DNA of 64,000 bases from a virus, in IMG/VR virus record IMGVR_UViG_3300038393_002515. One strand, given 5' to 3'. Numbering within the stretch: position 1 is the stretch's first letter; every line of letters starts with the position of its first letter. Position numbers and translations under genes: made by a program. Below, piece by piece: positions 60,006-64,000 of the stretch. Under the pieces are notes generated by a model. It was not told where the DNA came from and searched no databases. It saw only the letters and a program-made list of their open reading frames with translations.

Positions 60006-62902
60006 CGTTCACCCTGGTCCCGATCACGCGGACCTACCTCGACGGCTCGGGGAACCCGCGTACCGGAACGGTTCGGCTGCAACTCGTCGGCGTGCTCACC
60101 AACAACGGGGAGATCGCCGACCGGCGGCCGTACAGCGCCACGCTGGACGCGCAGGGGAAGATATCCCTGAGCGTCCCGGCCACCAACGACCCGGACACGC
60201 TCCCGGTTGGGGGCGGCACCTACGAGGTGACCGAGACCCTGTCCGGGCTGGCCACGGCCACATACTTCATCGCCGTGCCGTACGACGGAGGCCCGATCGA
60301 CCTGGCGACGGCGCCCCGGCTCGCGCAGGCCCTCGCGCCGGGCATCTTCTTCCAGCCCATCAACCAGCGCGGTCTGCCCAACGGGTACGCGATCCTGGAC
60401 GGCTCCGGCCGCGTCCCCTACAGCCAGCTGCCCACCGACATCGGCTCCGGCGGCGGGGGCGGCGGGGGCGCCACCCCGATCAGCGGCGACGACACCGACA
60501 TCCAGTCCCTGGGCGTGCGGGCCGCTGGAGCCAGCGGCAAGGCCGCCGACGCCCGGCACGTCCACCAGATGCCGCTCCTGCACCAGGTGGGCAAGCCGAC
60601 CTCGGACGTCGATCTGAACGGCAGGCGGATCACGAACGCCGCCGACGGCATCAACCCGCAGGACTACGCCACCGTAGCCCAGCTCGGCCAGTCTGTCCTC
60701 GGCTGGTTCAACGTCAAGGACAAGCAGTACGGCGCCAAGGGCGACGGCACCACGGACGACACGGCGGCCATCCAGGCCGCGATCGACGCGTGCCCGGCCG
60801 GTGGCGTCGTCTACCTGCCGCAGGGCATCTACCGCACCTCCTCGACGCTGTACCCGAAGCCGGGCATCGTCATCCAGGGAGCGCACGCGTCCCTGATGTC
60901 CGGGGTCAACCTCACCGACCCGCCCTGCTACATCCAGCCGCTGACCTCGTTCACCGGCAACGCGCTGATCACCTTCAAGGACCAGGCCTCCGGGGGCTAC
61001 GCGAACCTGCCCGCCGAGCACCGGCTGAACGACATCATGCTCGACGGCTCGACACTGGACGGCACCAAGCCGGTCGACGGCATCTACGCGGCCGGGAACA
61101 TCCAGAACGTCGTCATGCGCAACGTGACGATCCGGAAGATGTCGAACAACGGCATCGTCACCGCCGGGATCGACAACGTCTTCCCCTACAGCTGGCGCCT
61201 GCACTCGGTGATGATCGACAACTGCCGTGGCAACGGCATGCTCATCACCCGCATGACCGACCTCACCATGATCGACTGTCAGGCGATCGGCTGCTGGGCC
61301 ACCGGCTTCAAGTTCACGAACATCGCCAACTCCACCCTGTCGGTCTGCCGGGCCGAGTGGAACGGCAACCACGGCTTCTGGCTCACCGGCTCCTGGGGTA
61401 ACGCCGCCGGATCCGGCGGCGCCATCCTGTCCGCCTGCAGCACCGACCGCAACGGCTGGGACGGCGTACACGTGGACGCCACCGGCAACGGCCCGCTCAC
61501 CATCAGCGCGCTCACCACGCGGCGCGACGGACGCAACGGCGGCTCCGGCGGCGGCGGGTATGCGGGCCTGGCCATCAAGAACGCCACGCTGCCCGTCGTC
61601 GTCGATGGCGTCACCTGCTACACCAGCACCGACGACGACGGTACCGGCGCCCCCTCCCCCGACTACGGCGCCAGCATCACCGGCAACACCAGCGTGCAGC
61701 TGTCCGTCGGCTACCTGCACGGCTTTCTCGGCGGTCTGCACGACGACAACACCAATGCCAGCCTCGTCCTCACCCCGGGCGTCACCCTGGTCAGCGGCCC
61801 GACCACCAACCCGGCGCGTACGGTGAAGCCCTCACCGACGGACTGGATCAACGCCAAAGACCCCAAGTACGGCGCCAGGGGCGACGGCGTCACCGACGAC
61901 ACGGCCGCGCTGCAGGCCGCAGTAAGCGCCGCCGCCGCCCTGAAGACCACCCTCTACATACCCAACGGCACCTACATCGTGTCCACGCCCGTCGTCCTCC
62001 CGGCCGGAGAGGGCTACTCCATCGTCGGCTCCGGCTGGGGCACGTCCCTGAAGCTGAAGGCAGCCTCCAACTGCTTCATCCTAAAGATGACCGGCGCCGA
62101 CACCCGGGTCACCATCCGCGACCTGACCCTCGACGGCAACTGCCTGGAGCAGGGCGCCACCGGCACCTCCGGCGGCATCGACGGCTCCGGCGCCGTCGCC
62201 TGCCGCATCGACAACGTGCACTTCACCGCCTGCCGCGACGACGGGCTCTACCTCGCCGGACAGACGGGCGGAGCGTTCGGGCACAACAACCGCATCATCG
62301 GCTGCTTGTTCGACCAGTCCATGACGTCGACCGGCCCCGGCCGGGGCATCCAGATGAACAGCAACGACGAGAACCAGATCATCGGCTGTGACTTCGAGTT
62401 CCTCGGCGGCTCCGGCGGCACGGGTGCCGATACCGCCGTGTGCATCCTCGACAAGGCGGGCACGCAGTTCATCTCCGACTGCAATTTCGTCGGCGGAGCC
62501 ACGAACAACACCAAGGGCGTCCGCCTGCAGGACTGCAGCGCAACCAAGATCGAGGGATGCAACTTCGACGGCACCGCCGGTGACTCGATCTTCGTCGCCG
62601 CCACCGGCAACGTCATCGTCGGCAACACCATCTTCAGCCCCGGCGAAGTCGGCACCCTCAGCGGCCAGGTCTCCGGCATCCACCTGGAATACGCCACCAA
62701 GAACAACCTGATCAGCGCCAACTCCATCGCCTCCTCGCCCACCAACGGCAAGACCCGCAGCCTCATCCGCGAGGAAGCAACAGGCAGCGCCGGACCCAAC
62801 CTCATCACCAACAACGTCCTGATCACCAAGGGGACGCTCGCGGTGGCGGCCACCGAGTTCGCGGGCGCCGGATCCATCACGACCCCCAACCTCGGCGTCT
62901 GA
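60002..62902 (+). CDS. tailspike/depolymerase with two tandem right-handed beta-helix (pectate-lyase-3-like) modules
   Basis: The N-cap signature occurs twice: YGAKGDGTTDDTAAIQAAIDACPAGGVVYLPQGIY and YGARGDGVTDDTAALQAAVSAAAALKTTLYIPNGTY. ATGA overlap at 60002. Confidence 0.7.
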   Translation: MTFTLVPITRTYLDGSGNPRTGTVRLQLVGVLTNNGEIADRRPYSATLDAQGKISLSVPATNDPDTLPVGGGTYEVTETLSGLATATYFIAVPYDGGPIDLATAPRLAQALAPGIFFQPINQRGLPNGYAILDGSGRVPYSQLPTDIGSGGGGGGGATPISGDDTDIQSLGVRAAGASGKAADARHVHQMPLLHQVGKPTSDVDLNGRRITNAADGINPQDYATVAQLGQSVLGWFNVKDKQYGAKGDGTTDDTAAIQAAIDACPAGGVVYLPQGIYRTSSTLYPKPGIVIQGAHASLMSGVNLTDPPCYIQPLTSFTGNALITFKDQASGGYANLPAEHRLNDIMLDGSTLDGTKPVDGIYAAGNIQNVVMRNVTIRKMSNNGIVTAGIDNVFPYSWRLHSVMIDNCRGNGMLITRMTDLTMIDCQAIGCWATGFKFTNIANSTLSVCRAEWNGNHGFWLTGSWGNAAGSGGAILSACSTDRNGWDGVHVDATGNGPLTISALTTRRDGRNGGSGGGGYAGLAIKNATLPVVVDGVTCYTSTDDDGTGAPSPDYGASITGNTSVQLSVGYLHGFLGGLHDDNTNASLVLTPGVTLVSGPTTNPARTVKPSPTDWINAKDPKYGARGDGVTDDTAALQAAVSAAAALKTTLYIPNGTYIVSTPVVLPAGEGYSIVGSGWGTSLKLKAASNCFILKMTGADTRVTIRDLTLDGNCLEQGATGTSGGIDGSGAVACRIDNVHFTACRDDGLYLAGQTGGAFGHNNRIIGCLFDQSMTSTGPGRGIQMNSNDENQIIGCDFEFLGGSGGTGADTAVCILDKAGTQFISDCNFVGGATNNTKGVRLQDCSATKIEGCNFDGTAGDSIFVAATGNVIVGNTIFSPGEVGTLSGQVSGIHLEYATKNNLISANSIASSPTNGKTRSLIREEATGSAGPNLITNNVLITKGTLAVAATEFAGAGSITTPNLGV

Positions 62903-62927
62903 CTGCTGTCCCGGCCCGGCGGCTCCT

Positions 62928-62941
62928 CCCCAAGGGGTGAG
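62928..62941 (+). promoter_or_regulatory. late-gene-associated motif CCCCAAGGGGTGAG (upstream of endolysin)
   Basis: GCGGCT-N6-CAAGGGGTGAG-N6-CACCAC. Confidence 0.4.
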
Positions 62942-62972
62942 ATCTCACACCACCCCTTCGGGAGGGCACCCC

Positions 62973-63842
62973 ATGACCACGACCCCCGACTGGCGCCGCC
63001 TGGTCGACCACGTCCAGTCCATACCCGAGAAGATCTACGAGACCTGGAACAGCCGCGACGGCTGGGACAACCACACCATCTTCGGCAAGGAGTACGGCTG
63101 GGACGGTGTGGCCTGGTGCTGCATCTTCGACTGGGACATGTACCACGACTGCGGCCTCGACGCGATCGTCCCCAAGACCGCGTCCGTCGCGGGCATGACC
63201 GCCTGGGCCAAGCAGAAGGGCCAGTGGAGCGAGTACCCGAGCATCGGCGCCTGGGTCAACTTCTCCAACGGCGGCCACACCGAGATCGTCGTCGGCTTCG
63301 ACGAGACGTGGGTGTACACCAAGGGCGGCAACAGCATCCAGACCGGGTCCGAGGACAACGGCCAGGGCAACGGCGTCTGGTCCCACACCACCGCCCGCCG
63401 CGCCACCAAGGTCGTCGGCTACTTCGCCCCGCACTTCCCCGACGGCGTCTGCCCTCCCACCGCCGACCCCAACGACCCGCGCGGCGGCAAGGCGGTCGCC
63501 TCCTGGCGCTGGTCGCCGCAGGTCACCCCCGCGCCGACCAAGCCGACCCCGTCCACCCCGGCGCCGACCAAGCCGAAGTGCCCGGCCTTCCCCGGCCGCC
63601 AGTACTTCAAGCTCGGCGCGAAGAACAAGTACGCCAAGCAGCTGCAGACCTGGCTCGACAAGGGCAACTGGGGCCCCAAGTACGTCATCGGCCCGTCCGA
63701 CACCATGACCCAGAAGGACCTCGACAAGGTCAAGGCGCTGCAGGCGCACTACCTCTCCGCGCTCGGCCCGGCCGACGGCCTGTGCGGCCCGAAGACCTGG
63801 CAGTACGCCTTCGAGGTCGCCAACGGTCTGCGCAAGAAGTAG
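62973..63842 (+). CDS. endolysin: N-terminal CHAP peptidase plus C-terminal peptidoglycan-binding-like domain
   Basis: Catalytic-like Cys in GVAWCCIF and His in GGHTEIVVG; Pro/Thr linker; C-terminal LQTWL..GP..DG.CGPKTW repeat-like PG_binding_1 pattern. Confidence 0.7.
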   Translation: MTTTPDWRRLVDHVQSIPEKIYETWNSRDGWDNHTIFGKEYGWDGVAWCCIFDWDMYHDCGLDAIVPKTASVAGMTAWAKQKGQWSEYPSIGAWVNFSNGGHTEIVVGFDETWVYTKGGNSIQTGSEDNGQGNGVWSHTTARRATKVVGYFAPHFPDGVCPPTADPNDPRGGKAVASWRWSPQVTPAPTKPTPSTPAPTKPKCPAFPGRQYFKLGAKNKYAKQLQTWLDKGNWGPKYVIGPSDTMTQKDLDKVKALQAHYLSALGPADGLCGPKTWQYAFEVANGLRKK

Positions 63843-63852
63843 CACGCACGGT

Positions 63853-63890
63853 GAAGGCCCGGATTGTGATCATCCGCAATCCGGGCCTTC
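63853..63890 (+). terminator. terminator after endolysin
   Basis: 14-bp stem GAAGGCCCGGATTG / CAATCCGGGCCTTC. Confidence 0.65.
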
Positions 63891-63917
63891 GCCCTGTCTG
63901 GCATGCACGCGGCTGCC

Positions 63918-63931
63918 GCCAAGGGGTGAAG
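63918..63931 (+). promoter_or_regulatory. late-gene-associated motif GCCAAGGGGTGAAG
   Basis: GCGGCT-N5-CAAGGGGTGAAG-N8-CACACCACCAC, upstream of ATG 63971. Confidence 0.4.
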
Positions 63932-63970
63932 ACGCCCCCACACCACCACCCTGAAGCAGGAGTTGCGCCC

Positions 63971-64000
63971 ATGGCCCAGCAGACCGACCCCACCACCCTG
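63971..64000 (+). CDS. hypothetical protein (3' partial, only 10 codons in window)
   Basis: CAGGAG-N8-ATG 63971, downstream of terminator 63853-63890 and the CAAGGGGTGA motif. Confidence 0.35.
   Translation, partial: MAQQTDPTTL

Overview
The window is visibly very GC-rich, roughly 70% by eye (not computed), and actinobacterial or Streptomyces-like. It reads as one mobile element, most likely a temperate phage or prophage segment. All calls come from reading the ORF track and the sequence; no searches were run, so family names are recollections.

Layout:
- 1-13.8 kb: a mixed-orientation lysogeny/accessory block. It holds a bona fide tyrosine integrase in a three-gene operon, a truncated integrase-like gene, lipoproteins, an ATP-grasp plus repeat-core precursor (graspetide RiPP) pair, a WhiJ-type HTH/DUF397/anti-sigma-kinase triad, and several repeat-flanked cassettes.
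- 13.8-47.8 kb: about 60 tightly tiled + strand genes, almost all ORFans. Recognisable pieces are DUF262, a DUF6011-like C-terminus, small HTH proteins and two lipoproteins. They sit in at least 14 transcription units.
- 48-64 kb: a late-looking + strand block with dCTP deaminase, an SNase-fold nuclease, a portal-like protein, a double beta-helix tailspike and a CHAP endolysin.
- I saw no rRNA, canonical tRNA, CRISPR array, terminase, polymerase or any other NTPase.

Most interesting signals:
1. A roughly 32-bp promoter-like element with an embedded perfect palindrome occurs 15 times. One copy is a 44-bp mirrored version.
2. Two intercistronic tRNA-like elements (acceptor stem plus canonical T-arm) show compensatory stem changes.
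3. A CCCGCC(A) start-associated motif and a gene-cassette array share a repeated junction unit.
4. A graspetide cluster is carried by the element.
5. A separate CAAGGGGTGA motif sits in front of late genes.
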